Shown piece by piece: positions 33,175 through 44,399 of a stretch of 64,000 nucleotides of DNA (positions within the stretch are counted from its first letter, which is position 1; the number at the start of each line of letters is the position of its first letter). The DNA is taken from the NCBI GenBank assembly GCA_965240325.2, contig OZ251222.1, positions 5,026,636-5,090,635 on the forward strand. Direction: 5' to 3'. The stretch is from Rebecca billardiae RCC1528. Taxonomy: Eukaryota > Protista > Haptophyta. The notes below the pieces were generated by a model, which ran no database searches, was not told the origin of the DNA, and saw nothing but the letters and a program-made list of their open reading frames with translations. The position numbers were made by a program, and so were the translations under genes.

Positions 33175-34799
33175 ATGAGCGAGACGCACGACGGCGGCGC
33201 GCCCGCCGCCGCGCCCGGCGGGCCGCCGGGCGCCGCCGCGCCGGCGGCGGCGGGTGCGCCCGCGGCCGAGGTCGCGGCGCCCGAGGCGCTCGAGCGCGCG
33301 CTGCGCACGCTCGACGGGACGAAGGACCGGATCGAGGCGGCGTCCGCGGCGTTCCGCGAGGCGTCGTCGCGCGGCCTCGTCCTCGAGGCGTTCCGCGCGT
33401 GGCGCGACTGCGTGAGCGCGTGCACGCCCGACGGCGGGCTGTGGCTGCTGTACGTGGCCAACGACGTGATGCAGCGCGCGATGGCGAGCCACGAGGCGGA
33501 GGCGAAGCAGCACACGCTCGGGCTCTTCTGGAAGCACGTGCCCGTGCTCGTCCAGCTCGCCTGCCGTGACCGCAACCCGCGCCGCTGCGCCGCCGTCCTC
33601 GAGCTGCTGCGCGTGTGGGGCGAGCGGCGCGTGCACCCGCGCGCGCTGCGGCGCGACAAGCTCGACACGCTCGCGCGCAAGGTGAGCTGGTGGCGCTCCG
33701 CCGAGCAGCGCATGACGCAGGCGTCGCCGCGGATCTCGCCGCTCTCGCCCTCCGCGCAGCCGCCCGGCGGCGCCGCGCAGCCGCCGCCGCCGCTCGCGCC
33801 GCTGCCGCCCGCGGCGGTGGCGCCGCGGCCGCGCGCGCGAGACGCCGCGGCCGCCGCGCCCGCGCCCGCGGCCGCGCCCGCCGCCGCGCCGCCCGCCGCC
33901 GCCGCGCCGGCGGCGGCGGCGGCGGCGCCCGCGCCCGAGCGCCCCGCGCTCGCGCGCGCGCCCGGCCCCGGCCGCGCGCGCGGGCGGCGCGTCTCGTTCG
34001 GGCTCGTGCTCGTGCACACGCACTGCGTGGACGCGGGCTGCAGCGTGCCGCGGGACGGTCTGCCGGTCGGGCTCGGCCCCGCCGCCCTCTCCACGCTGCG
34101 CACGGACGTGGGCGCGTACGAGCACGAGCGCGCGCCGCGCCGGCTGCCGCGGTACGCGACGACGGGCGTGCTCACCGCGGCGCAGCGCCACGCGCTGCTG
34201 CTGTGCGCGCTGGGCGAGGCGCAGCTGGCCGCGCTCGCGCACGAGACGGAGGCGACGCGCGCGCGCCGCCGCGCGGCCGCGGAGGAGGCGCAGCAGCGGC
34301 GCGCGTCCGCGCTCGGCCCGCCCTCGCTCATCGACGTGGCGGCGCTCGACGTGGGCGGCGGCGCGGGCAGCGCGCCGCCGCCCGCGCTGCCGCCCTCCGC
34401 CGCCGCCGCGTGCGCGCGCGCCCCCTCCTCCGGCGGCGGGGGGGCCGCGCCTGGGGCCGAGGCCGCGTCCCAGGCGGCGGCGCTGCTCTCGCGGTACGCG
34501 GCGCTGCGCATGCCGCGCTGGGAGCCGCTCTTCGACCCGACGCAGCAGCAGCCCGGCGCGCACGCGCGGAGGAAGCCGCCGCCCACGCCGCCGCCGCCGA
34601 GGCGCACCGCCTCGGGCGGCGCCGACGCCGCGGCTGCCGCCGGCGGCGCGCCCTCGAGCGCGCCGCAGGCCGGCGCAGCGGCCGGCGGCGGCGGGTGCGG
34701 CGGCGGGTGCGGCTGCGCGTCCGCGTTTGTGCTGCCGCCGCCACGCGCGGCCGAGCGGCCGCCGCCGGAGCCGCACGGCGGCGCCGCGCCGACCGGCGC

Positions 34800-34838
<39 letters not shown>

Positions 34839-35823
34839 GCCCGCGGAGCCGCCCGCCGATGCCGACGCGTCGTGCGCGGCGTCCTCCCCTCGGCGGCGGC
34901 TGTCGAAGGGGTGTGCGGGCGCGGGGCCGTCGGGCGCGCCGTTTGAGCGGAGCAAGCTGGGCGCGGCCACGGCGCACAGGCTCACGCAGGCGCCGCAGCA
35001 GCTCGACATGCGGCTGGACGCGCTGCGCGCGCCCAGCCACGCGGAGCACCACCAGTCGCACCTGCGCTCGCCCACGCGGCATGGCAGCGGCGCGGCGACC
35101 GCGGCGGCGGCGGCGGCGGCGGCCGCGGCTGCGGCGGCAGTGGCGGCGGCGACCGCGGCGGCGGCCGCGGCCGCGGCGGAGGCGCCGGCGGGCGCGCCGC
35201 GCGCACTCAAGCGGCCGTCGGTCGCGCGCCACCGCGACCGCGAGCGGCAGGCGGCGGCGGCGGCGAGCGCGGGCGGCGCGAACGGCGTCGCGGAGTGCGC
35301 GGACGGCGGCTGGAGCCTCGCGCACGCGGCGGGCGCCCGGCCGGGCGGCCCGCACGCGTGCGCGGACGGGCGCTTGGAGGGCGCGGGGCTGCCGCCGCTG
35401 CTCGGGATGCTGCGCGCGCACAGGCCGCCCGCCATCGCGACCGACGTGGGCGGCGGCGGGCACAACGGCGCGCAGCCCTCGCCGCCGGGCAGCGGCGGCG
35501 GGCTGCGCGCCGGCAGCAGCCCGCTCGACGGGCCGGGCGGCGCGGCGCTCGGGCGCAACGTGAGCGACGAGGCGCTGCAGGGCTGGCGCGCGCTCGCCAA
35601 GCGGCAGGCGGACGCGCCGCCCAGCGCGCGCGCGCGCAAGCGGTGCGCGCGCGCGCCGCCGCGCCGCGCGCGCCCTCTCCGGCGTCGCGCTGACCGGCGC
35701 GCCCACGCGCCCGCCCGCGCGCCCGCCGCCCGCGCCCGCCGCAGGAGCCGCGACGAGACGGCGATGGCGGGCGGCCACCAGCCCGCCGACGGGACTGCCG
35801 GCACGGCCGCGGACGGCGGATGA
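33175..35823 (+). CDS. CID (RNA Pol II CTD-interacting domain) protein with an RVxF-containing domain and low-complexity tail
   Basis: CID-like segment LRTLDGTKDRIEAAS...LWLLYVANDVMQ...VLELLRVWGERRV, followed by RRVSFGLVLVHTH...PVGLG...YEHER. The 3' end is uncertain (probable intron near 35608-35744). Confidence 0.7.
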
Positions 35824-36434
35824 CGAGTCGCGAGGGCGCGGGTCGGATCGTCTGGCTGTGTTCCGCGGCACAGCTCGTCTGGCTGTGCTCCGACTGCGCG
35901 CTCGTCGCGGCTGCTCGGGTCGGATCGGCTCAAGGGCGACGAGCAGCACCAGCTGACGACGCAGACGAACGACTCAACTGCTCTTGAGTGACAGTGCAGC
36001 ACTGTATGATGTCTCACGACGACGTGCTACTGCGCGATCGTGACGTCGACGCCTCGAGGCTCGACGGCTCGACGGTCGATGCTGTCCGGCAGGGCCCTGC
36101 TGCGACGATGTATACTAGATCTATATATATACTGGCGATGATGCTATATGTATATGCCAGCATCATCAGCGCATGTATAATTGTATCATCTGACAGTATA
36201 TCAGTGATCGTCATCAATATAGAAACGCCCGAATAAGAATCAGTACCGACAGCGGTACCCCGGCCCCGGGCCGCGCGGCCGGACCGCGGAACTGCAGTAG
36301 TCACTGCTGCTGACTTCAGATCGCGCCGTCAGCGCGCCGACGGGCAGACCGAGCTCGCTGGCGCCGACGAGGCGATGCTGACTGACGGCATCGCTTCAGC
36401 GCGCGCGCGGGGGGCTCGGCGCATGCGCGTCGCG

Positions 36435-36836
36435 CTACGCCCGCTCGGCCGGCTGTGCGAGCAGCAGCCGGTGAGCGCCCGCGCGCGGCTCGCGCCCGGC
36501 GAGCAGCATGACGGCGAGGAAGCCGCCCATGACGAGCAGCCCGAACACGACCTCGGCGCACATGCACGCCCGCCCCGCGCAGCTGCTCTGCTTGCCGAAC
36601 TCGCGCGTCCACCTGCCCCTGCACCACGCGAGCGCGTGCACGCCCGGCGCGGAGCAGAGCGCGTGGTCGAGCACGAGGTAGACGAGGAAGGCGGCGGTCA
36701 TGCCCAGGATGAGCACGAGGGACGCGCCAAAGTCGAGCCCGCCGGTGAACGCCTGCGCCGCGCGGTGGATCGTGTTCAGCCGCCTGGGCGCCGCGGCGGC
36801 GGCGGCGGCGGCGGCGAGCGGCGCGGCGCCGCCCAT
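36435..36836 (-). CDS. Small hypothetical membrane protein (2 TM helices)
   Basis: Hydrophobic segments FGASLVLILGMTAAFLVYLVL and VVFGLLVMGGFLAVMLLAG, coding-like codon usage, and a head-to-head arrangement with the 37040 gene. Confidence 0.6.
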   Translation of the reverse strand: MGGAAPLAAAAAAAAAPRRLNTIHRAAQAFTGGLDFGASLVLILGMTAAFLVYLVLDHALCSAPGVHALAWCRGRWTREFGKQSSCAGRACMCAEVVFGLLVMGGFLAVMLLAGREPRAGAHRLLLAQPAERA

Positions 36837-37039
36837 GGCCAAGTGGCTGCAGCGCAGCCCACCTGCTCGCCCAACTTTTGCACGCCCGCGGGAGCAGCCG
36901 AGCCCGGCCGGCCGCCATCGTGTGTGTGCCGTTCCTGCAACTGCTTGGGTGTCCGTTTCGCCCGCGCGCAGCCCAGCACGGCAGCACGCCTCCCACGCTC
37001 GGGCGAGAAGAGCATCCGCGAGCGAGCGCGACGAGAGAG

Positions 37040-40000
37040 ATGGCGCCGCCCGCCCGCGGCGGCGGCGTGCCGCCGGACGCGTCGGGCGCGCTGCCGGCGG
37101 TGGTGGTGCTGCAGGGCAAGGAGATCGTCGACCCGTCGGGCGAGCCCGCCGCGCGCGACCCGTCCGCCGCGGCCGACGGCGGCGGCGGCGGCGGCGCGCC
37201 GTCGAGCACGGCGCTGAGCGAGGTGATCGCCGAGGACTGGCAGCGCAAGTGGGCGATGGAGGAGGCGGGCGCGGCGTGGCAGCGGGGGTTCAAGGAGAAC
37301 CGGCGCGCCTTCCGCTCCGCCGTGCTCTACTGCGAGCTCCAGTTCGACGCCGCGCTCAAGCGCTCGCGCGAGCTGGGCGAGGGCTCGCCCAACGCGTTCC
37401 TCACGCTCGCGGCGTGCGAGTGCGTGCAGCTGCTGCTCGGCGCGCTGGGCGAGAAGGTGCGCCCGCTCGGCCGCGTGCTGTGCACCGAGCTCTTCCGCGC
37501 CGTGTACGCCGACTACGACGACGCCTCGCGCTCCGCGCCGCGCGCGGGCGCGGGCGCGGCGGCGGCGGGCGGCGGCGGCGCGGGCGCGCTCGCGCGCGCG
37601 CCCGGCGCGCGGCACACGCCCTACTACGTCGAGCTGCAGCGCGCGCGCGCGCAGCTGGGCGGCGCGCTGGCGGAGGTGGGGCACGTGCGCGCGCTCGGCG
37701 AGCGCGCGCAGGCCGCCGTCCGCGCGCGCGCCGAGCAGCTCGACGAGGCGGTCGGCAGCCTGCGGCACGCGGCCGCGCAGGTGGCGGCCGAGGGCGAGGG
37801 CGCCGACGCGCTCGGCGCGCGCGTCGACGCGCTGGGCGCCGAGCTGCGCGCGGCGAACGCGGAGCTGGGCGAGGCGGTGCGCTTCGCGTACGCCACCTCC
37901 GTCGACGAGGCCCTCGCGCGCGTCGACGCGCTCCACGCCGACGCGCGGCGCGCGTTTGCGCGGCGCGCGTGCGGCGCGGTGCTCGCGCCCTGGCTCGCGT
38001 CGCTGCCCGCGCCCGAGCTGGTCGCGGCGGCGCAGGAGATGCTCGCCGGCGTGGGGCTGGAGGAGGGCGTCGCGCTGGTCGGCGCGCTTGTCGGCGCGCT
38101 CGCGCTCGAGGGCGGCGACGCGCTCCGCGCCGAGGTCGTGCGCGCCGCGCTCGAGCTGCCCGCGGGCGCGGCCGAGGGCGCGTGGGGCGCGGCGCTCGGC
38201 GCGCTGCTGCAGCACGGCGGCGGCCTCGGGCCCGAGCCGTCGGGGCTGTCGGCGCAGACGGGGACGGAGGCGGCGCTCGAGTCGGCGGGCGCGAGCGCCG
38301 AGCCCTCCGCGCTCGAGGGCTCGAGCGGCGCCGACGCCTCCGCCGCCGCCTCCGCCGCGCGCGTCGGCGCGGGCGCGGGCGCGGCGCGCGCGGCCGCGGG
38401 CGCCGCGGCGGGCGCGGCCGCCGCGCGCTCGTTCGCGCACCGCCCGCACGGCGCGCCCGCGCGCCGCGCGGGCGAGGAGGGCGAGGAGGGGGGGGAGGAG
38501 GAGGAGGCGGGCGAGCTCGCGCCGCTCCCCGCCGCGCCCACCGTCGGCGCCTCGCCGCCCGTCGCGCGCACGCGGCTCGGCGCGGCCGAGGCGGCGGCGG
38601 CGCGGCGCGCGCACGCGCTCACGGCCGAGAGCCTCGCAGAGGCGCAGGCGGCGGAGGCGGCGGCCGACTCGCCGCTCGACGCGACGGGCGCGGTGCTGGG
38701 CATGTGGAGCGAGGCGCTGGACGTGGCGCGGCCCGAGGACCGCTCGGCCTCGGCGAGCTCCAAGTCGAGCGGCGGCGTGCTCGCGACGCTGCGGCGCGCG
38801 CGCTCGCCCGAGCCGCCGAGCCCGCGCACCGCGGCCGCGGCCGACGGCGACGCGGCGGCCGCGGCCGCCGCCGAGCGCGCGGGCGAGCTGGGCGCGCTCG
38901 CGCTCGAGCTGAAGCTGCGGCAGAAGCAGCCGCTCGTGGGCTCGGGCGAGCGCGCGCAGCGCCGCGGCTCGAGCCGCTCGACCGGCGGCGGCGCGCGCGC
39001 GCGCGTGGGCGGCGGCGTCTCGCTGCCGCCCGCCGTGCGGCCGCACCCGCGCCGCGCGTCCGCCGCGTCGGGCGTGGGCGCGGAGCTGCGCCGACACCTC
39101 GGCGCCGGGGCGGGCGGGCTGGGCCACGGCGCGGCGGCGGAGCGCGAGGTGGCGGAGCGCCTCGCCGCGGTGCGCGCCGCGCGCCAGGCCGCCGCCGCCG
39201 CGCGCCCGCAGCACGCCGCGCCGCCGTCGGCCGGCGGCGGCGGCGCGCCCGGCGGCGCGGACGGCGTGGCGCTGGGCGCGCTCGAGCTGTTTGCGGCCAC
39301 GGCGCTGCCGCCGCTGCTCGCGCACCCGCAGCAGGCGGCGACGACGCACGCGCAGCCGCCCGCGGCGCGCGGCGGCGCCGCCGGCGCCGGCGGCGCCTCG
39401 CTGCGCCGCGGCTCGACGCAGGTGCGCATCGACGAGGGCGCGGCGATCGCGGCCGCGTTTGCCGAGGCCAAGCGCAAGGGCACGCGCCCCGACCACCGGC
39501 CCTCGCTGGCGCACGCGACCGCCGCCGCCGCCGCGTCCGCCGCGGCGGTCTTCGACGCGGCGGCGGCGGCGGAGACGGCGGCGGCGGAGGAGGAGGGCGC
39601 GGACGACGCGGCGGGCGACGCGGCGCTCGCGGGGCGCGTCGAGGCCGCCGTCGCGCGCGTCCTCGCGGAGGTGGAGGCGCGCGCGGCGCAGCACGCGGAC
39701 GCGCTCGGCGCGGCGCGCGCCGCGCTCGTCGCGCGCTCCGTCACGCGCGCGCCGCTGCGCGACGGGCGCGTCGTGCTGGGCAACGAGGACGTGGCGGTGC
39801 TGATCGCGCCGACGCCGGTGTGGCTGGCGCACAAGGAGTGGGCCGCGCCGCCGCCGCCGCCGCCGCGCCGCCAGCTGCCGCCCTCGCCGCCCAAGCCCAA
39901 GGCCGCGGCGGCGCCGCCGCCGCCGAGCGGCGGCGGCGGCGGCGGCGCGGCGCGCAAGTCGAGCGGCGTGCCCTCCTCCGCGCTCGCCGCGATCGCCGCG

Positions 40001-41902
40001 GCGGCGGCGGCGGCGGAGGAGGCGGCGGAGGCGCACGCGGCGGCGGCGGGCGGCGCGCTGGCGCACGCGGTGCCGCTCGACGACGAGGGCCGGCCGCTGC
40101 CGCCCGACGCGCTCGCGGGCGGCGGTGGCGTTGGTGGTGGCTCTCACTCGGGCATGGACGAGGGCGCGCTCTGGCTGAGGGCGCGCGCGCGCGCGGAGGC
40201 GGCCGCGCTCGACGCCGAGGGCGCGGCGGCGCAGCCGCCGCCCGTGGGCGTGCGCGCGTGCGTGCTGCTGCACCTCTGCGTGCTGCAGGCCTTCCTCGAG
40301 GCCGAGGCCAACGTCGAGATGCGCGAGCAGACGCTGGGCGGCTTCACCGCCGACTGGTTCTTGCTGCGGTACGGCAACGCCGCGCCCGCGCGCAGAGCGC
40401 TGCGCGCCTTCGCCGCCTCGATGCAGGCGCACCGGCTGGCGCTCGCGCGCGCGCGGCACGGCACGCTCGACGTGTTCTGCGCGCTGTGCGAGGGCGGGCA
40501 CGCGGAGCGCCCGCGGCTCGACTTCTTCCTCGCGCTGCTGCGCTGCATGTGCGCCGAGGGCCGCGCGGCGCTGCGGCTGCAGGCGGACAACGCGGCCGCG
40601 CGGCTCGAGGTGCGGCCGGACGGCACCGTGCGGCTAAGGCCCGCGTCCGCGCTCGCCCAGCCCGCGGACGGCGGCGGCGCGCGGCTCGAGACGATGTCGC
40701 TCCTCGAGCTGCTCTGGCCGCTGCGCCCGCGCGCCTCCGACGGCGCCGAGCCCGCCGCGCGCGTCGCCAAGGCGGTGCGCGGCGCGGCCGCGCGCGTGCT
40801 CGAGGCGGGCTTCCCCGTGGCGGCCGCGCGCGTCGTGCTGATGAGCGTGCTCGGCGGCGGCGCGTGCTCCGCGCAGATGCTGGCCGAGACGCTGGCCGAG
40901 TTTGACGAGCTGCCGCTCGCGCACGGCGACGAGGTGCTCGCGCGCGCGCGGCCCGAGGGCGCGCGCCCGCGCGCCGCGTCCGCGCGCGCCAAGCCGGCGC
41001 CCGGCGCGGCGGCGGCGGCGGCGGCGGGCGCGCCCGCGGCCGCGCCCGCGGCCGAGCCGTCGCCCGGCGGCGGCCGGCGGCGCGGCGGCGGCGGCGCGTA
41101 CGTGCTCGACCCGTGCGCGTTCGTGACGTTCTGCATGCAGCGGTGGGAGGCCGCGCGCGAGGAGGGCCGCTCGCGCCTGCTCGACGTGGCCGACGCGCTC
41201 GACGGCGCCGCGCCGGTCGGCGGCGCGCCGAGCGCGCGCGACGTGCACACGGCGCTGGCCGCGGTCGCGCCCGCCGTGCAGCCCGCTGAGTCGGCGTGGG
41301 TGTACCGCGAGGCGCTGCGCGCGAGCGCGGCGTACCCGGGCGGCGGCGGCGCGCGCCTCGTGCGCGACGCGCTCGCCGACGCCGCGCAGGCGCGCGGCGT
41401 GCTCGCGTGCGCGCAGCCGCACCTCGCGCTCGTGCCGGTCGCGCCGCTGAGCGCGGCCGAGCGCGCGGTCGGGCTGTGCGCGCACTGGGAGCTCCTGCGC
41501 ACCGAGCTCGACGTGCGCGCAGACGCGGCGCGCGCACGCGCGCGACGCGCGCACCGCCGCGCGAGCGCGCCGCGCGGCGCGACGCGCGGGCTGACGCGCG
41601 CGCGCGCGCGCCGCCCGCCGCCGCAGGCCATGCTCGTGGGCGCGCGCGCGCCGCCGGCCGAGCTCGAGGCCGCGCGCGCGCAGATGGGCGCGCTCACGCG
41701 CGCGCTGCGCTCCACCGCCGAGTACGTGGCCGCCGAGCAGCCCGAGCTCGACCCGCTGTGCGCCGAGGGCACGCCCGTGCTCGACGAGCTGCTCGGCGAG
41801 GTGCACGCCGCCATCGAGGCGGCGCACGCGCTGCGCGAGCGCAGCGTGCGCGGCGCGGCCGCCGCCGCGCGCGCCGCCGCGGCGGGCGAGCCGCTCGAGT
41901 GA
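37040..41902 (+). CDS. Large hypothetical coiled-coil protein (possibly TSNAXIP1-like); probable in-frame intron 41513-41626
   Basis: ORF of ~1,600 codons with G/C third-position bias. Structured N-terminal (LYCELQF...PNAFLTLAACECV...ELFRAVY...TPYY) and C-terminal (FTADWFLLRYG...LDVFC) regions are separated by low-complexity sequence. The family call is weak. Confidence 0.65.
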   Translation: MAPPARGGGVPPDASGALPAVVVLQGKEIVDPSGEPAARDPSAAADGGGGGGAPSSTALSEVIAEDWQRKWAMEEAGAAWQRGFKENRRAFRSAVLYCELQFDAALKRSRELGEGSPNAFLTLAACECVQLLLGALGEKVRPLGRVLCTELFRAVYADYDDASRSAPRAGAGAAAAGGGGAGALARAPGARHTPYYVELQRARAQLGGALAEVGHVRALGERAQAAVRARAEQLDEAVGSLRHAAAQVAAEGEGADALGARVDALGAELRAANAELGEAVRFAYATSVDEALARVDALHADARRAFARRACGAVLAPWLASLPAPELVAAAQEMLAGVGLEEGVALVGALVGALALEGGDALRAEVVRAALELPAGAAEGAWGAALGALLQHGGGLGPEPSGLSAQTGTEAALESAGASAEPSALEGSSGADASAAASAARVGAGAGAARAAAGAAAGAAAARSFAHRPHGAPARRAGEEGEEGGEEEEAGELAPLPAAPTVGASPPVARTRLGAAEAAAARRAHALTAESLAEAQAAEAAADSPLDATGAVLGMWSEALDVARPEDRSASASSKSSGGVLATLRRARSPEPPSPRTAAAADGDAAAAAAAERAGELGALALELKLRQKQPLVGSGERAQRRGSSRSTGGGARARVGGGVSLPPAVRPHPRRASAASGVGAELRRHLGAGAGGLGHGAAAEREVAERLAAVRAARQAAAAARPQHAAPPSAGGGGAPGGADGVALGALELFAATALPPLLAHPQQAATTHAQPPAARGGAAGAGGASLRRGSTQVRIDEGAAIAAAFAEAKRKGTRPDHRPSLAHATAAAAASAAAVFDAAAAAETAAAEEEGADDAAGDAALAGRVEAAVARVLAEVEARAAQHADALGAARAALVARSVTRAPLRDGRVVLGNEDVAVLIAPTPVWLAHKEWAAPPPPPPRRQLPPSPPKPKAAAAPPPPSGGGGGGAARKSSGVPSSALAAIAAAAAAAEEAAEAHAAAAGGALAHAVPLDDEGRPLPPDALAGGGGVGGGSHSGMDEGALWLRARARAEAAALDAEGAAAQPPPVGVRACVLLHLCVLQAFLEAEANVEMREQTLGGFTADWFLLRYGNAAPARRALRAFAASMQAHRLALARARHGTLDVFCALCEGGHAERPRLDFFLALLRCMCAEGRAALRLQADNAAARLEVRPDGTVRLRPASALAQPADGGGARLETMSLLELLWPLRPRASDGAEPAARVAKAVRGAAARVLEAGFPVAAARVVLMSVLGGGACSAQMLAETLAEFDELPLAHGDEVLARARPEGARPRAASARAKPAPGAAAAAAAGAPAAAPAAEPSPGGGRRRGGGGAYVLDPCAFVTFCMQRWEAAREEGRSRLLDVADALDGAAPVGGAPSARDVHTALAAVAPAVQPAESAWVYREALRASAAYPGGGGARLVRDALADAAQARGVLACAQPHLALVPVAPLSAAERAVGLCAHWELLRTELDVRADAARARARRAHRRASAPRGATRGLTRARARRPPPQAMLVGARAPPAELEAARAQMGALTRALRSTAEYVAAEQPELDPLCAEGTPVLDELLGEVHAAIEAAHALRERSVRGAAAAARAAAAGEPLE

Positions 41903-42035
41903 GACTCTATCTACTGCTACGACTGTACAGCAGTACGGCGGTACGAACAGTAGACGCGAGCTATTCAGTCGTCACTACTACATATCGTCAATACAGTATC
42001 GTTTGAGGGGCGCGCTTGCTCGCACCCCAGCCAGC

Positions 42036-43307
42036 ATGGACGCGTGCCCGCCGCACCCGCACGGCGTGCAGCCCGAGGGCAACCTGTGGCTGGAGGGCGC
42101 GGCGGCGGCGGCGCGCTGGGGCGCCGCGCGCGCGCGCGGCCTCGGCGCGCTGGCGTGCCTCGACGACCCCACGCTCCTCCGCGTGTGCGCCCTCGCCGGC
42201 CCGCGCGCGCTCGCGGCCATGTGCGCCGCGTCGGACGTGCTCGGCGCGTTCGCCTCGCACGACGAGCTCTGGCGCGTGGCGTGCCTGCACCGCGCGCGGG
42301 GCGCGCCCATCGCCTTCGCGCACGGCTCGTGGAAGGCCTCCTTCCTCGGCGCGCACGCGGCGCCGCCCCGCCGCCGCGCGCGCCGCGCGGCCGTGTACTC
42401 GGACGCGCTGTACGCGCCGCACCAGCTCGTGCACGGGCCGTGCGCGTTCCGCAGGCCGCCGCGCGGGCCGCCGTGCGAGCGCCGGCCGCGCGGCAGCGCG
42501 CCGCTCGACGCGCGCGCCTTCTCCGCCGAGTACGAGCGCGGCGACGGCCGCCCCGTCGTCCTCGAGGGCGCGGGCGCGCGCGCGGCCGCGTCGGGCGCGT
42601 GGGAGGCGCGCGCGCTCGCGCGCCGGTTCGGCGGCCGCGTCTTCCACGCGGGCGGGTACGACTGGCGGCTCGCGGACTTTCTCGAGTACGCGCGGTGCAA
42701 CGCGGACGACCAGCCGCTCTACCTCTTCGACCCCACCTTCGAGCACACCGCGCCCGAGCTGCTGGCCGAGTACGACGCGCCCGCGTGCTTTGGGCGCTGC
42801 CTGCTCGAGCTGCTGGGCGAGCACCGCACGCGCGGCGGCGCGCAGGACTCGCGCCCGGACTACCGCTGGCTGCTGCTCGGCGGCGCGCGCTCGGGCCAGG
42901 CGTGGCACCGCGACCCGAACGGCTCGTCCGCGTGGAACCTCACGCTGAGCGGGCGCAAGCGCTGGCTGCTCTTCGCGCCGGGCCACACGCCGCCCGGCGT
43001 GCGCGCGGCCGAGCGCGGCGAGCTCGTCACGCCCGTCTCGCTCGCCGAGTGGGCGCGCGGCTTCTACCGCGAGGCGTGCGCGAGCGCGGGGTTCCAGGAG
43101 TGCGAGACGGGGCCGGGCGACGTGATGTACGTGCCGCGCGGCTGGTGGCACATGGTGGTGAACGTCGCGCCGTACACCGCCGCGGTCTCGCACCACTTTG
43201 TGTCGGAGCGCGGGCTCGACCACGCGCTCCGGCTGCTGCGCGACGCGCCCGAGCAGGTGAGCGGCATCGACCGCGGCCTCGCGCGCGACGCGGCGGCGGC
43301 GGCGGCA

Positions 43308-43345
<38 letters not shown>

Positions 43346-43613
43346 CGAGGGCGGCGAGGCCAGCGCGCCGCCGCCCCGCCCCGCGACCGCCGCCTCGGAG
43401 CACGCCGCGCGCCGAGCCGCCGGCATCGCCCTGCACGACCGCCTCGTCGCGGCGCTGCGCGAGCACCGGCCGGACGCGCTCGAGCGCGCCGAGGAGCGGC
43501 TGCGCGCGAGCAGCGCGCGCAGGCGCGGCGGCCCGGCGGCCGCGGCGAGCATCCGCGAGCTGGTCGCCCCCGCCCAGGCGGCCGCCTTCGCCTTTGGCTT
43601 CGCGGACCTTTGA
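42036..43613 (+). CDS. F-box-like + JmjC-domain 2-oxoglutarate/Fe(II) oxygenase (JMJD6-like subfamily)
   Basis: F-box-like segment LGALACLDDPTLLRVC...HDELWR, then PLYLFD, RPDYRWLLLGGARSG, HRD (HxD Fe ligands) in WHRDPNGSSAWN, GRKRW and PGDVMYVPRGWWHMVVN. Confidence 0.9.
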
Positions 43614-44399
43614 GCAGCGGCCTGATATTTTTGTGCTACTCCTGCCGTCGGTGGCGCGCGTGCCACTTCGTCCCGCGGTCCGAGCGGCTGGCGCATATCT
43701 CACATCATCATGCATCGCATCATGCTGCATCAATCTGATGATGGCGCCCGGCCTGAGCAGACTATATATAGCGCTAGCGCAGTACTAGACACAGTCCCGT
43801 GCCTGCAGACTCGTCGATGATAGATCAGGCTCGGGCGGCGCCGCGGCGCCGTGGACCGTCTGATCTGGGCACGGTCATTAGGCGGGCGCGGCCCCGGGGG
43901 GCCGGCTCACTGTGCCGGCGGCCCGTCATGCACGGCCAGCAGCTCAGGCTGGCAGCCCCCCCGGCCATGAGTAGCGCCAATAAGTAGTACCGCCAGGGCA
44001 ACAGGCGGCTGACGAGGCACTCGTCGCAGGGCGCGCGCGCGCCTTTCGGACGGAATTACAGACGATGCCGACTACGACGATGAGCAGAGCACGCACGGTC
44101 GCGATGGTCGCGCGCGCTGGATGGATGCCGCCACTGCAGAGTGCAGTGAGTCAGCTGACCGCTCAGAGGCGCTCTGGGCGCGTGCCGTTCGACCGCCGCC
44201 GCGGCCATTATTTATATTGCGCGCGCGGTTTCAGTGCGCTGATCTGAGGCTGATGACGAGAAGTAGTGGTGACCCTCATCCTCTCACGCACTCGGCTGAA
44301 CTGCCGCTTGATGCTTCTGACGTGCCCGTTTTGACAGGCTGGCTGGCTAGGACTCATAGACTGTGCTCAGTTGCACGGCCGATGGCACGGCTCTCGCGC

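Noticed and set aside
18532-43738. Many very long Arg/Ala/Gly-rich overlapping ORFs (e.g. 36700-40905, 36776-40501, 32506-35949)
   Set aside because: These are alternative-frame or antisense shadows of real genes in extremely GC-rich DNA.
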